NCBI GenBank assembly: GCA_018902845.1 | Contig: JAHIPV010000009.1 | Coordinates: 8,950 to 72,949, forward strand | Length of the DNA: 64,000 bases | Source: Patescibacteria group bacterium | GTDB lineage: Bacteria; Patescibacteriota; Microgenomatia; UBA12405 | Reading direction: 5' to 3' | Shown: in pieces, positions 28,698 through 37,990 of the stretch | Numbering within the stretch: position 1 is the first letter of the stretch | How the letters are laid out: each line of letters opens with the position of its first letter | Notes under the pieces: model-generated | Seen by the model: the letters and a program-made list of their open reading frames with translations, nothing else | Database searches by the model: none | What the model was told of the DNA's origin: nothing | Program-made: the position numbers and the translations under genes

Positions 28698-29000
28698 TTA
28701 GTTTTGGAAGGTCTTTTTTTCATAGATAACTTTTTGCTCTTTTAATATGATATCTCTTAGCAATGGATGGATGGATTTGTATGTTAGAAGATCGACTTTT
28801 TTTCCCAATTCGTCTTCCAGGGCGAACTGTAATCTAACCAAGTCAAGCAAGCTCTTTCCATCCTCAAGTTCAACCAACAAGTCAATATCGCTGGTATTTT
28901 TTGCTTCTTTTCTGACCACAGAACCAAAGAGAGCAGCCTTTAACGCCCCTTGAGATTTTAGAATGGGAGTAATCTTATTGCTAATATCTTGGATTGTCAT
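28698..29000 (-). CDS. Nucleotidyltransferase (MNT-like), solo
   Basis: The GSVVRKEAKNTSDIDLLVE motif is of the minimal nucleotidyltransferase type. No adjacent HEPN partner of at least 60 aa was found. Confidence 0.6.
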   Translation of the reverse strand: MTIQDISNKITPILKSQGALKAALFGSVVRKEAKNTSDIDLLVELEDGKSLLDLVRLQFALEDELGKKVDLLTYKSIHPLLRDIILKEQKVIYEKKTFQN

Positions 29001-29081
29001 GATTAAATTTTAGCACGAAAGAAAGAAGAGATAGACATTAATGAGATTGGGCGGAGAATGTAAAATGTAAGATTGATTCCA

Positions 29082-29160
29082 ACGGGATTGCTACGTCGTG
29101 AGATTCCTCGCAATGACAGCAAAGGTTTTGGGGTTGGAGTTGGGTTGGAGTTGGGTTAGA
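29082..29160. repeat. GC-rich repeat module plus a short tandem GGGTTGGAGTTG repeat
   Basis: CCACGTCGTGAGATTCCTCGCAATGACAG followed by (GGTTGGAGTTGG)-like units. Confidence 0.7.
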
Positions 29161-29161
29161 G

Positions 29162-30034
29162 TTAACTGGGTATTTTTCTTTTTTGGAAGAATTTTATGAC
29201 TAGGAAAATTACTATTAGTATCGGCGAGTAGACAAGAGCCCAGATAAATAAATTGCCCAGTGATCTTAAGTTTAAAATTAGAGATCTGACGGCTGTTTTG
29301 AAAATTACTTTTGGCCTCCAAGCTTTGGTGGGACTGTAGGGCAATTCAAGTTCGTCAGTTGATAAATAAACCATGATTTTGGTTAGTTTGGCAGATTGGC
29401 TTAGATATTCCTGACGACCCCTGAGGCTGTCTATTTGCTGTTGCAGGCTAACCAATTCTCTTTGAACATTAAGAAGATCTGGAATTTTACTAGCCTGAGA
29501 AAAAATTTCTTCAAATTTTGATTTCGTTTTGTAGAGAACCTCCAACTTTGCGTCCAAATCTTCATATTCATCTGTAACATCACGGCCGTAAACTGTTTCT
29601 GAAACTACCTTTACTGCCATGGATCTGAGCTGGTCTAAAATCTGCTGGCGATTATCTGACGGAACACGAATGGTGATATTGCCTGAATCAGCGCCTTCCG
29701 GCGAAGAAAGATGGGAATCAACCATGTAGCCGTTTGTTTGTGTGGCCATGTTTTCAATTTCATCGATCGTCTGCCTGACATTTTTTACCAAAAGCGAAAG
29801 GTTGGTGTCTTTTGTAACCATCCTAGGCTGGCTTTGACTTGGGGGTGTTTCGGGAAGCATTTTTGAGGAAGATTCCAGCAAGGCAAAATTTGAGCCAGAA
29901 TCGGTTGATTGAAGTGATGAGGCTGATTGGAATGCTTGAGCTTGTTTAATTAAATAGGCGATGATAATAAGTAGTGTGAGGGTAAACCAGTTTTTTTTGA
30001 GCCATTTAATAATGGACATGTTTAAGTTTAACAC
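29162..30034 (-). CDS. DUF4349-like membrane-anchored protein
   Basis: N-terminal TM, a central coiled-coil/alpha-beta region and a C-terminal TM. The architecture matches the DUF4349 family pattern. Confidence 0.5.
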   Translation of the reverse strand: MLNLNMSIIKWLKKNWFTLTLLIIIAYLIKQAQAFQSASSLQSTDSGSNFALLESSSKMLPETPPSQSQPRMVTKDTNLSLLVKNVRQTIDEIENMATQTNGYMVDSHLSSPEGADSGNITIRVPSDNRQQILDQLRSMAVKVVSETVYGRDVTDEYEDLDAKLEVLYKTKSKFEEIFSQASKIPDLLNVQRELVSLQQQIDSLRGRQEYLSQSAKLTKIMVYLSTDELELPYSPTKAWRPKVIFKTAVRSLILNLRSLGNLFIWALVYSPILIVIFLVIKFFQKRKIPS

Positions 30035-30063
30035 ATTATTTAAATTATTAACCGAAAGTGTTT

Positions 30064-30225
30064 GGTTCCCAGGGGATCCTTCTCCCCCTGCGGGTGATCA
30101 GGATGACGGATAGCAAGCGTCATTCTGAGCGAGAGCGAAGAATCTCAAAGTAAGTTTTGAATTCTATGGGATCCTTCTCCCCCTGCGGGTGATCAGGATG
30201 ACGGGTGATTCGCAATGACAGGTAT
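30064..30225. repeat. Dense composite repeat cluster
   Basis: Two copies of GGGATCCTTCTCCCCCTGCGGGTGATCAGGATGACGG flank a GTCATTCTGAGCGAGAGCGAAGAATCTC module. Confidence 0.85.
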
Positions 30226-30379
30226 GTTAGAATATTTTATGTTTTTGAAAAACTTAAGCCCTTTGCTATCTGTTGTTTTTGGAATTTTGGTTTTATTGAA
30301 TCCAAAATTATTGTCGACTTTAATCGGAATTTATCTGATTATTGTTGGTCTTTTGGGACTTGGTTTAATTAATTTTTAG
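30224..30379 (+). CDS. Small membrane protein (DUF3096-like)
   Basis: About 51 aa (or 46 aa from the second ATG). The hydrophobic segment LIGIYLIIVGLLGL resembles DUF3096. It is below the ORF-track size cutoff. Confidence 0.4.
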   Translation: MLEYFMFLKNLSPLLSVVFGILVLLNPKLLSTLIGIYLIIVGLLGLGLINF

Positions 30380-30383
30380 TTTT

Positions 30384-30866
30384 TCAGGCGAGTTTTGACA
30401 GTGCGAGTTCGATTTTGTCTGTGGCCTTTTCTATTGAAGTATGTGATAAAAAAGCTAATTCTTCGGCAAGCTGTTTTAAGGCTAATTTAAAGATATTTTT
30501 TCTGCTGGTAGCAAAAGGCCTGGTGGGATCTTTTTGTTCTATCCAAAGTCTTTTTAAGATTGAAACGGTTTGATTGATGTCGTTGGAATCAAGTAGGTTT
30601 CTGGCTGTATTGATGTCAAGTGGCAAAGCTAATTCTCTTTTGACTGATAAAAATTTTATTGCTTCGTTTATTTCCTTTCTGGTAACAGGTTTTCTTATAT
30701 TAGTTTTGGAGATACTTGAAATGGGAATTGAAGAAGTTAAAAGCGTGTCTTTGTCTTCTTTAAAGAACGGTTCAAAAAAAATAATATCTTTTTTGATTTT
30801 GTAGATTTTGTATACCCGTCCTCCGTCGACCAGTTTATCTCCCATTTTAAACGAAATTTTGTCCAT
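30384..30866 (-). CDS. CarD/CdnL-family RNAP-binding transcription regulator
   Basis: 160 aa with an N-terminal MGDKLVDGGRVYKI Tudor-like start. The C-terminal ILKRLWIEQKD...ELAFL segment resembles the CarD C-terminal domain. Confidence 0.55.
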   Translation of the reverse strand: MDKISFKMGDKLVDGGRVYKIYKIKKDIIFFEPFFKEDKDTLLTSSIPISSISKTNIRKPVTRKEINEAIKFLSVKRELALPLDINTARNLLDSNDINQTVSILKRLWIEQKDPTRPFATSRKNIFKLALKQLAEELAFLSHTSIEKATDKIELALSKLA

Positions 30867-30886
30867 TCTTTGTTATTCTAACACAG

Positions 30887-31639
30887 TTAAACGGCCGGTC
30901 TCCAAAATTCGAAATACATTGTCGTATTTTCTGCAATTGGTTGCAAAAGATTGAGAATTTTTTCGATATTTTGCAAATAGAAAGGAGAAGATGCTCCAAA
31001 ATTATTTTTACTGAAGGCCAATCCGGGAGCAACATAAATCATGCTGTGGATACGGCAGGGGGGAATATTGTTTAAGCGGGGGTTTTCGTACTTAACAGTA
31101 AAGAAAATGTGATCGCCAAATCTTAAATTGCTGGGTCTTTTAATTTTTTGATAATTATCAATGACAAAATTGACGTGGTCTTCGTTTGTCTTTTTTAACC
31201 TATCAATATAATCCGGGTTGTGAAAAAGTATGGCCGAAGAATGAGGCCCGGTAAGAAGAGACAATTCGGCCCTAGCATAACCGTAAAGTTTCCTTAAATG
31301 TTTTGGCAATAACTCTTTGACACGAATTTTGATGTTTTTTGGTGAATTTTTACTAGCTTTTTTGACCGATAAATTGGTAATTTCCAAATTAGAACAATAT
31401 ATACCCTTAAAAAGAGGCTCATTTCTCTTGAGTAAAAGACGATCGGTGTTACTTAAAAGTTTTTCTGGTGGATTCTCAATCGCTTTAAGTTTTTGCGGTT
31501 TTATTTGTAGCTTGACAAGGCCCGGATTTTGAAGCCATTGAGATGGCAACCCCAGCTCCATTTTTTGGGCTTGGTGTTTATCAAAAGTGACAGGTTGTGA
31601 TTTGAAAGGCCTGGAGTTAAAAATAGGATCAATTGACAT
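30887..31639 (-). CDS. Hypothetical protein
   Basis: 250 aa with no recognisable motif, immediately downstream of the Cas4-like nuclease. Confidence 0.35.
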   Translation of the reverse strand: MSIDPIFNSRPFKSQPVTFDKHQAQKMELGLPSQWLQNPGLVKLQIKPQKLKAIENPPEKLLSNTDRLLLKRNEPLFKGIYCSNLEITNLSVKKASKNSPKNIKIRVKELLPKHLRKLYGYARAELSLLTGPHSSAILFHNPDYIDRLKKTNEDHVNFVIDNYQKIKRPSNLRFGDHIFFTVKYENPRLNNIPPCRIHSMIYVAPGLAFSKNNFGASSPFYLQNIEKILNLLQPIAENTTMYFEFWRPAV

Positions 31640-31674
31640 TAATGCTTATTTTAACATTTTTTTTGGCTTTTTGC

Positions 31675-32541
31675 TTAAAAAATTGTACTTTCTTTTTTGT
31701 CAGGCGTAGAAATAGGCAAAATATAGACATCGCTACCGTAATTATCGGTGGCAACAAGTTTTCCCTTCTTTTGTAAAATAGCTTCAAAGGGTTTGCAGGC
31801 AAAACAACCACCTTCTTTGTGGCATTTGAAGCTTTGCAATTGGCGAGCCAGTTTAATTTTTTTGGCAATTTGTAGAACTTTTTGTTCAGATTTTTTTAGA
31901 TTTGGCAGTTTTTTTGGCACCAGTTTATCACTTAAATCAAGATACCAATAGCTGGCTTTTTTGACTTTTCTTTTTTGGCAATTGTGAACCAAAAGATGAT
32001 AAATCGGTAATTGGAGAGAATCGGAGTCTTGCCTGCTTTTGCCGGTTTTAAAGTCAATTAAGTGAACCGAATCAATGTCAGGCAAATATTCCAACCAATC
32101 GATTTTACCGCAGAGAATAATGTTGTCTTTTTCCGATAACCAGAAATAAGGCAAATCCTCTGTGATTTTTACAGCTAGTTTTTGAATCGGCCCGGGGTTG
32201 TCAATCACCCTTTGAATCATTTTTTGGCCACGGATTTTATATTTTAGTTCAACATCAGGATCAGTAAAACCACCTTTTTCTCCAGATACCTGCTTCCATG
32301 CTTGTTCGAATTTCTCTAAAAGAGGTTGTTTGAAACGTTTATTAACAGGCAAAAGAGAAAGTGACTCTATGACTTTGTGGACTGCTTGACCCAAGCTCAT
32401 GGCCGGATTAATTATTTTAATTTTGTGGTTAGTGACAGGATCTTTGTAAACATTTTTTAGATAGTAGGCGCGGGGACATTGAAGGTAATCATTTATGGAA
32501 GAATGAGAAACCCAAACGGCAGTGTATTTGTCTTGAGGCAT
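31675..32541 (-). CDS. Cas4/RecB-like PD-(D/E)XK nuclease with Fe-S cysteines (orphan)
   Basis: One N-terminal Cys (YLQCPRAY), then a GKIDWLE Asp, an IDFKTGK E/DxK motif, a QLPIYHLL QhxxY motif, and a C-terminal CHKEGGCFAC three-Cys cluster. Confidence 0.65.
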   Translation of the reverse strand: MPQDKYTAVWVSHSSINDYLQCPRAYYLKNVYKDPVTNHKIKIINPAMSLGQAVHKVIESLSLLPVNKRFKQPLLEKFEQAWKQVSGEKGGFTDPDVELKYKIRGQKMIQRVIDNPGPIQKLAVKITEDLPYFWLSEKDNIILCGKIDWLEYLPDIDSVHLIDFKTGKSRQDSDSLQLPIYHLLVHNCQKRKVKKASYWYLDLSDKLVPKKLPNLKKSEQKVLQIAKKIKLARQLQSFKCHKEGGCFACKPFEAILQKKGKLVATDNYGSDVYILPISTPDKKESTIF

Positions 32542-32584
32542 GAGTTTATATTAACATGACTGGTTTGTTGATTTTGATGTAATA

Positions 32585-33835
32585 TTGGACATTGATATGA
32601 CTAAAAAATCCGATGAGTTTTTAAATTTTGCCGATATTTTAAACAACAAAGAAACTGATGAATTGTTAAGAAAAATTAAGCTTGGTCGCAAAGATGATTC
32701 TGCTAGTAAGAAAAAAATAAAAATTAAAGATTTATGCAGAATGAGGGATTATAGATTACAGGCGCTGGTGAATTGGGTTAAGTTGTTTGGTAAAAAGGGG
32801 TATTGGGATTATAAGTGGTTGCTGAGATATGGATGGGAATGGATAAGACCAAAGTGGATAAACAAAAATGGTAGAGAAATTTCTTGGCGATTGATATTGT
32901 TTCCAAATTCAGAGGTCAGGAGATTCCTCCACTTCGGTCGGAATGACAAGATTAATAAATTTTCTCGGATTTTTGATTTAAGGGATATTGGGAGGGTTAG
33001 GAAAGAAGTACTAAAATTGGGTAAATTTGATCCTCTGTGGTTTGCCAGAATTTTTGAGCCAGAAACTAAGGGAATCAGAGCTTGGGAATATGGAATGTTG
33101 TTAAATTATTTCAAAAAGAAAAACAAAAAGATATTAGATATCGGTAGTGGCGGAAGTTTACTGCCTGATTTTTTGGCTAGTAGCGGGGCGAAGGTGACCA
33201 GTATTGATATTGAGAAACCAATGGAAAAAAGACCCGTCTTTGCCAAAGGCTACGACGAGGCAAAGGAAAAAAAACTGGCGAAGGTGGAGTTTGTGGTTGG
33301 GGATATGACGAAATTACCATTTAAAAAAAATAGTTTTGATGCAGTAATTTGCATTTCGGCTATCGAACATTTGGACACAAAAATGGAAGGTGGTTTTTAT
33401 TCCAAAAAAGAATATTGGAATAGGACAATAAGAGCATTGAGAGAAATGGCGAGAGTGACTAAAAAAAATGGGTTGTTTTATTTGACAACTGATTTTTATT
33501 TAAAAAGACAGAAGACGGACAATTGGAGTGATTTAAATAAATTGATGAATAAAGATGATTTTGATTACGACGGGATCCTTCTCCGCCAACTGGCGGATCA
33601 GGATGACGGTGTGAAAAGACAGGGTGACGGTGTGAAAAGACAGGGTGACGGTGTGAAAATTAGAGGGGCGTATGAGTGGAAGAGATTAAAAATGTTTTTG
33701 AGTGAATTAAATAAAGCAGAGTTAAAAATTAAGACAGATGTTGATAAATATAAAAAATTATTAATGAAAGATAAAAATAGATCGAATTATAGAGGCAGGT
33801 ATTTTACTACCGTAGCTTTTGTTGGCCTAGGATGA
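32585..33835 (+). CDS. Class I SAM-dependent methyltransferase with in-frame repeat insertions
   Basis: ILDIGSGGSLLPDFLA motif I and a VVGDMTKLPF..FDAVICISAIEHL segment. Inserted segments are EVRRFLHFGRNDK (32912-32950) and DGILLRQLADQDDGVKRQGDGVKRQGDGVK (33568-33668). Confidence 0.65.
   Translation: MDIDMTKKSDEFLNFADILNNKETDELLRKIKLGRKDDSASKKKIKIKDLCRMRDYRLQALVNWVKLFGKKGYWDYKWLLRYGWEWIRPKWINKNGREISWRLILFPNSEVRRFLHFGRNDKINKFSRIFDLRDIGRVRKEVLKLGKFDPLWFARIFEPETKGIRAWEYGMLLNYFKKKNKKILDIGSGGSLLPDFLASSGAKVTSIDIEKPMEKRPVFAKGYDEAKEKKLAKVEFVVGDMTKLPFKKNSFDAVICISAIEHLDTKMEGGFYSKKEYWNRTIRALREMARVTKKNGLFYLTTDFYLKRQKTDNWSDLNKLMNKDDFDYDGILLRQLADQDDGVKRQGDGVKRQGDGVKIRGAYEWKRLKMFLSELNKAELKIKTDVDKYKKLLMKDKNRSNYRGRYFTTVAFVGLG
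32912..32950. repeat. 39-bp repeat element, in frame in the methyltransferase (same element as 53611-53650)
   Basis: GAGGTCAGGAGATTCCTCCACTTCGGTCGGAATGACAAG against GAGGTCAGGAGATCCCTCGACTTCGCTCGGGATGACAAG. Confidence 0.85.
33606..33668. repeat. Three 21-bp tandem repeats (GACGGTGTGAAAAGACAGGGT), in frame
   Basis: Read directly from the sequence. Encodes three DGVKRQG heptads. Confidence 0.85.
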
Positions 33836-34373
33836 TGATGATGTCGCTGGTGTTACTGTCGGGCAGTGTTTCTTTTTGATTAATTAAAAAGTTTTTTTCT
33901 ATTATTTGATAAATCGAAGTTTTTAGGTTTTCGGGTATAAAGCTTTTACTTTTGACTATAGTATTTTGAGAATTATCGGTGTTGCCAATTTGAGTAACAA
34001 GGATTTGCTGGTTTTTTTCTAGTTCTTCTTTTAGCCCGGAAGCAATACCGGAAATGCCACTGGCATTAAAAATTTGAACAGTAAACTGAACGGTTTTGCT
34101 TGTGACGGTTGGAGTGGTTATTTTATCAGAATCGGGTTGGACGGATGCCTGTTCTGTGTTGTTGTTTTCGAAACTAAAAGGAGTTTTGGATTCCGAAAAT
34201 TCAATGGCCTTTTTGAATAAAGACAGGTCTATATCTATGCCGTTTTCTTCAAATATTTTTTTATTTGTAGGTTTTCTTTCTATGGAAAAATAATAAAAGA
34301 ACATAAAAATATTGAAAATAATAGTAAAAGATCCAAAAGCAGTTATTATCAATAATTTAAGTCTGGTATTCAT
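33807..34373 (-). CDS. LytR_C-domain protein (cell envelope-related)
   Basis: N-terminal TM. The C-terminal VQIFNASGISGIASGL...IIILGQ segment matches the LytR C-terminal domain pattern. Confidence 0.5.
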   Translation of the reverse strand: MNTRLKLLIITAFGSFTIIFNIFMFFYYFSIERKPTNKKIFEENGIDIDLSLFKKAIEFSESKTPFSFENNNTEQASVQPDSDKITTPTVTSKTVQFTVQIFNASGISGIASGLKEELEKNQQILVTQIGNTDNSQNTIVKSKSFIPENLKTSIYQIIEKNFLINQKETLPDSNTSDIIIILGQQKLR

Positions 34374-35017
34374 TAATAAAAACTGTCATTAACATATAAA
34401 TTGGCTTTTATAATGAGGTCAGCGTTTGATACAAAAGAATCGGTGCTTTTTAGTGATATATTTTCTATTTCAATTAAAAAATCAGCATCTAAAAAAGATT
34501 CTAAAAAAGAAATAATTTTGGTTGGTTTGGCTGTGGCTTCCAAAATAAAGGGGAGATATTTTTGTTTTTTATTAGCAATCGGCTCATCTGACTCAAAACT
34601 CAATTCCAATTTTTCAAAGGAAGAAGAAGCCTTGTTTATGGAGCTAATGAGGTCAATTAATTTTTCTTGATTAGGAAAAAGCTTGTCTAGGCCGTCAGTT
34701 TTTTTCAAAAATTCTTTTGAAAAACCATTTTTGCTTAATTCCTGCTGAAAATCAAAGGCTGATTTTGTTTGGGCATAATCATCTAAGACTCTTTTGGAAA
34801 TAAGGACGAAAACAATGTTAAGAAAAATGATTAAAAATAAAGTGATGAATGTGAAAAATGAATGTTTGGCTGATTTTACTATTGACTGATTTTGTTTTAT
34901 TTTGTTGGCAACTTTAACAGGACTATTATCTGTTAATTTTATCGACGGTTCCGTTGTTGTTTTGGCGGAATCATTGTTAGTAGTTACCGATTGAACTGGT
35001 TTTATTTTTTGGATCAT
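34373..35017 (-). CDS. PilO-like bitopic membrane protein
   Basis: One TM helix at about residue 55 and a periplasmic domain. Adjacent to pilM. Confidence 0.4.
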   Translation of the reverse strand: MIQKIKPVQSVTTNNDSAKTTTEPSIKLTDNSPVKVANKIKQNQSIVKSAKHSFFTFITLFLIIFLNIVFVLISKRVLDDYAQTKSAFDFQQELSKNGFSKEFLKKTDGLDKLFPNQEKLIDLISSINKASSSFEKLELSFESDEPIANKKQKYLPFILEATAKPTKIISFLESFLDADFLIEIENISLKSTDSFVSNADLIIKANLYVNDSFY

Positions 35018-35020
35018 TTT

Positions 35021-36421
35021 TTACAATGTTTTTAATACTAACTTCATTCTAAACTCTACCTGGGAAGCTTTTTCTAAAGAGGAAACCGGAAGAGTAACTT
35101 GATTGATAAAATCTTTTTCTTCCAAGGTTTCTTTTAATTTAAGTAGATCTAGTCTTGTTTTGGCTCTTCCCGTAAATATAAATTCTTTTTTGGCAGAGTC
35201 AAAGTTAATACCAGTGATCTCTATGTTGTCAAAAGAAGATGCTAAAAATTCTTTTATTGTTTGGATCAAAAGGTTGTTTTGATCCGAAATTTGATTAACA
35301 AGAGATATTTTGTTTTTGTAAAAAGAAAATTTGTCAATACTAGCTGTAACAGAAGAATAGACTGGGTCCAGATTTTCTTTCAGGTTTTTGTTTTTGTTTT
35401 GGCAATTGAAATAAAGAAAAAGCAGAAAAAAACTCAAGAAAGAAACGGAGACGATAAAAAAGAGAGAAAAACTGTTTATAAGCCTATCTTTGGATAAATT
35501 TTTGTATTTTTGAGAAAGTGAATATGGCAAGATGTTAATAGTTTTTGTATCTTCAGGAAGAGTAACGTTTTTTTGGGCTAAAGAAATTAAAACTGCCAGT
35601 TCGGATTCTCTATTACTGGGGATGTTTTTTATTTTATTGGAAAGAAGAATGGTTTCCAGATTTAGTTTTTCTTTAATTTCTTTTAGAAGTGAATCAGAAC
35701 ACTTTTTGCCACAGAGATAGATTTTAGGAGGATTTTGTTTCCTTTTTTTTAGGTAAAAATTTTTCATTTCCTGAATAGTGTCCATGAAATGATTGTTTTT
35801 TCCAACCACAGAACAAGCCTTGATACTTGTTTTGCTACCTAAAACCAAAACCGTAGAAATTTCGTCAATTTCGGCAACAAAACTTAGTTTTTGATTTTCT
35901 TTTGGCAAAAGTCGAAAAAGAGAAATCGCGGTGCTTTCAAAGGCTACCGGCTTTAAACCTGCTTTGATAAGAATTTTGGTAAAGGCATTAATTATTTTTT
36001 TGGGAACAGCACTAACAACAATGTTTAGCTTGTTTTCTTTTTTTTTGGTCAACATCCAGTCAAGATACAGTTTTTGATATGAAATAGGCAAAAAAGTATC
36101 TGCCTGAAATTTGATAGCCTGATCAATTTCTGATAGTTCAATATCCGGCAGAGTTAAAGTGTGGACAAAGGCCTTGACTTCCGAAATACCAACAATAACG
36201 GAGGCATCGTCAATTTTTAGTTGGGACTTAATTTGTTCCAAAACAGAAAGAAGCTGAACGCTATCTTTTATTTGACCATTTTGGATGGTTTGTTCGGATA
36301 AGGGAAATTCGTAAAAAAGCTCCAGACTGTCCCCTCTTTTGTTTAATTTGGCAACTTTTATGTTTTGATCCGTAAAAAGAAAGGCTAAATATCTTTTTTG
36401 GGCTCCCCTAAATGCATCCAT
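35021..36421 (-). CDS. pilM: Type IV pilus assembly protein PilM fused to a PilN-like C-terminal segment
   Basis: An actin-like ATPase-fold N-terminal ~300 aa is followed by a TM helix and a ~130-aa periplasmic tail. Confidence 0.65.
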   Translation of the reverse strand: MDAFRGAQKRYLAFLFTDQNIKVAKLNKRGDSLELFYEFPLSEQTIQNGQIKDSVQLLSVLEQIKSQLKIDDASVIVGISEVKAFVHTLTLPDIELSEIDQAIKFQADTFLPISYQKLYLDWMLTKKKENKLNIVVSAVPKKIINAFTKILIKAGLKPVAFESTAISLFRLLPKENQKLSFVAEIDEISTVLVLGSKTSIKACSVVGKNNHFMDTIQEMKNFYLKKRKQNPPKIYLCGKKCSDSLLKEIKEKLNLETILLSNKIKNIPSNRESELAVLISLAQKNVTLPEDTKTINILPYSLSQKYKNLSKDRLINSFSLFFIVSVSFLSFFLLFLYFNCQNKNKNLKENLDPVYSSVTASIDKFSFYKNKISLVNQISDQNNLLIQTIKEFLASSFDNIEITGINFDSAKKEFIFTGRAKTRLDLLKLKETLEEKDFINQVTLPVSSLEKASQVEFRMKLVLKTL

Positions 36422-36446
36422 GGTAGATAAATCTTAACACGCGCAA

Positions 36447-36830
36447 CTAGTTTAGTTTTTTAAAGTCTTTGTCAAAGGAGAAAACTTCGGCTTGGTTAGT
36501 CTGGGCGCAGACAAAAAGATATGCATCTACTAAATCAATATTTTTGTTTTGATAAATAACCGTAGCTTGTTTTAACTCTTCTTTGTTATTAATTACCAAA
36601 AAATTCATACTCAAAATGATTTTTAGATGAGTAACAACATCCTTTTTGTTTCTTTTGTAAACACTTTTTAATACGTAAGCGAATTCAAAAAGAATTTGTG
36701 GAATTGTAAATAATTTACAATTATTTTTTTGGGCTTGCAAAAAATATTTTCGGGCTAAATTGGATTGTCTTGTATTGTCGTTTAAAAAATATCTTAAAAA
36801 AACGTTAGTATCCACGTATAGCTTTTTCAT
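36447..36830 (-). CDS. vapC: PIN-domain toxin (VapC-like), paralog of 3816-4235
   Basis: MKKLYVDTNVFLRYF N-terminus; 127 aa. Confidence 0.7.
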   Translation of the reverse strand: MKKLYVDTNVFLRYFLNDNTRQSNLARKYFLQAQKNNCKLFTIPQILFEFAYVLKSVYKRNKKDVVTHLKIILSMNFLVINNKEELKQATVIYQNKNIDLVDAYLFVCAQTNQAEVFSFDKDFKKLN

Positions 36831-37102
36831 TTTTGCTTATTGGAAAATTTCTTTAAAACATAGTTTTGAGCGGCCGTTTCTTCGATTTTGATTACCTGAT
36901 CTGTAGATTTGTTTTTTATTGCTAAACCGGATAAAGATCCCTGCATGTCTAATAAATTTGGAATTGGCTGAATAATAATCTTTCCATCAAGAATTGTCAT
37001 AAAAAAATTCGATGGAATTTTTATGCCTAATTTTTTCCTGATTTTGGCTGGAATACTGATTTGTCCTTGCCTGGTAATTCTGCCTGTACTTACTGCGATC
37101 AT
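36827..37102 (-). CDS. AbrB/SpoVT-family antitoxin
   Basis: The GRITRQGQISIPAKIRKKLGI segment is a swapped-hairpin motif. Overlaps the PIN gene by 4 nt. Confidence 0.6.
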   Translation of the reverse strand: MIAVSTGRITRQGQISIPAKIRKKLGIKIPSNFFMTILDGKIIIQPIPNLLDMQGSLSGLAIKNKSTDQVIKIEETAAQNYVLKKFSNKQK

Positions 37103-37148
37103 GTAATGAGTTTACATAAATTTAATGCGTTTGTCAAGTTGCATTAAA

Positions 37149-37529
37149 TTATCTTTCTTCTATTGGTGAGAATTGGTAGGTGCCGGAGGAGAAGGTAACC
37201 GTAAGACCAACCATGCGAGAACGTTGGTTTTGCTGACAAAATGAATTAATGTCTTTACCTCCTGTTATGTCGCTAACTTGAGTGGTGCAAGAGATATTGT
37301 CTTCATTAATAGTTTCCCCTGCAAAAGTAGGATCGCGAAGACTCCTTAGGGCGGCGTTTTCTAGATGACCCTCGGCTCTATTTAATAAAATCAAGCCTTG
37401 ACTGTATTCGTTGTCAAGGCTTAACGAAGAAAGACTAAAAGCTGAAGTTTGAAGAATCAAGGAGGTAATAATGGCACTAACAAAAACAAGAATAATCATT
37501 GCCTGTCCCGATTGTTTTTTGTATTTCAT
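37149..37529 (-). CDS. Minor pilin/pseudopilin-like protein
   Basis: N-terminal hydrophobic helix following GQAMIILVF. 126 aa, in the pilin gene run. Confidence 0.4.
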   Translation of the reverse strand: MKYKKQSGQAMIILVFVSAIITSLILQTSAFSLSSLSLDNEYSQGLILLNRAEGHLENAALRSLRDPTFAGETINEDNISCTTQVSDITGGKDINSFCQQNQRSRMVGLTVTFSSGTYQFSPIEER

Positions 37530-37990
37530 GGTAAGGTGGTGGCACTTTGAAAGTGATAGGAGTAAGTTCTGCCTGTCAGATCAAAGCTAATTTTAACAGT
37601 AGGGTGATTTGCGGAAGGACCAAAATGAGTAAAGGTAAGATTTTTGACTTGAACCAAGCTGTCGGTGAGTTTAAAAGTTTGGCCATCTTCGGTTTTTTCT
37701 AAGGCATTGTCGTCGTCTAATTGATAAGTAGTGGCGCCGGCGTTGAGAAAAAGATAGTCGTCACTCTCCCCAATAGTTGGGTAATTTACAGAATTGGCTT
37801 TTTTGACTGTTTGGTGAAAATCAAAAAGAATTCTTTGTCCATTAGTGTAAATTTCAGCCCGAGCTAATTGATTAACTCTCTGTATGGTGATTTGAGAGTA
37901 AAAAGAGTAAAGAGCTACCATGATCGTTACTAACAGGGCAGAGTAGATTATCATTTCGATGATGGTAGTACCTTTGTTTTTATAGCTCAT
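37526..37990 (-). CDS. Type IV pilin-like protein
   Basis: Prepilin-like N-terminus KGTTIIEMIIYSALL with Glu at +5. Confidence 0.55.
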   Translation of the reverse strand: MSYKNKGTTIIEMIIYSALLVTIMVALYSFYSQITIQRVNQLARAEIYTNGQRILFDFHQTVKKANSVNYPTIGESDDYLFLNAGATTYQLDDDNALEKTEDGQTFKLTDSLVQVKNLTFTHFGPSANHPTVKISFDLTGRTYSYHFQSATTLP

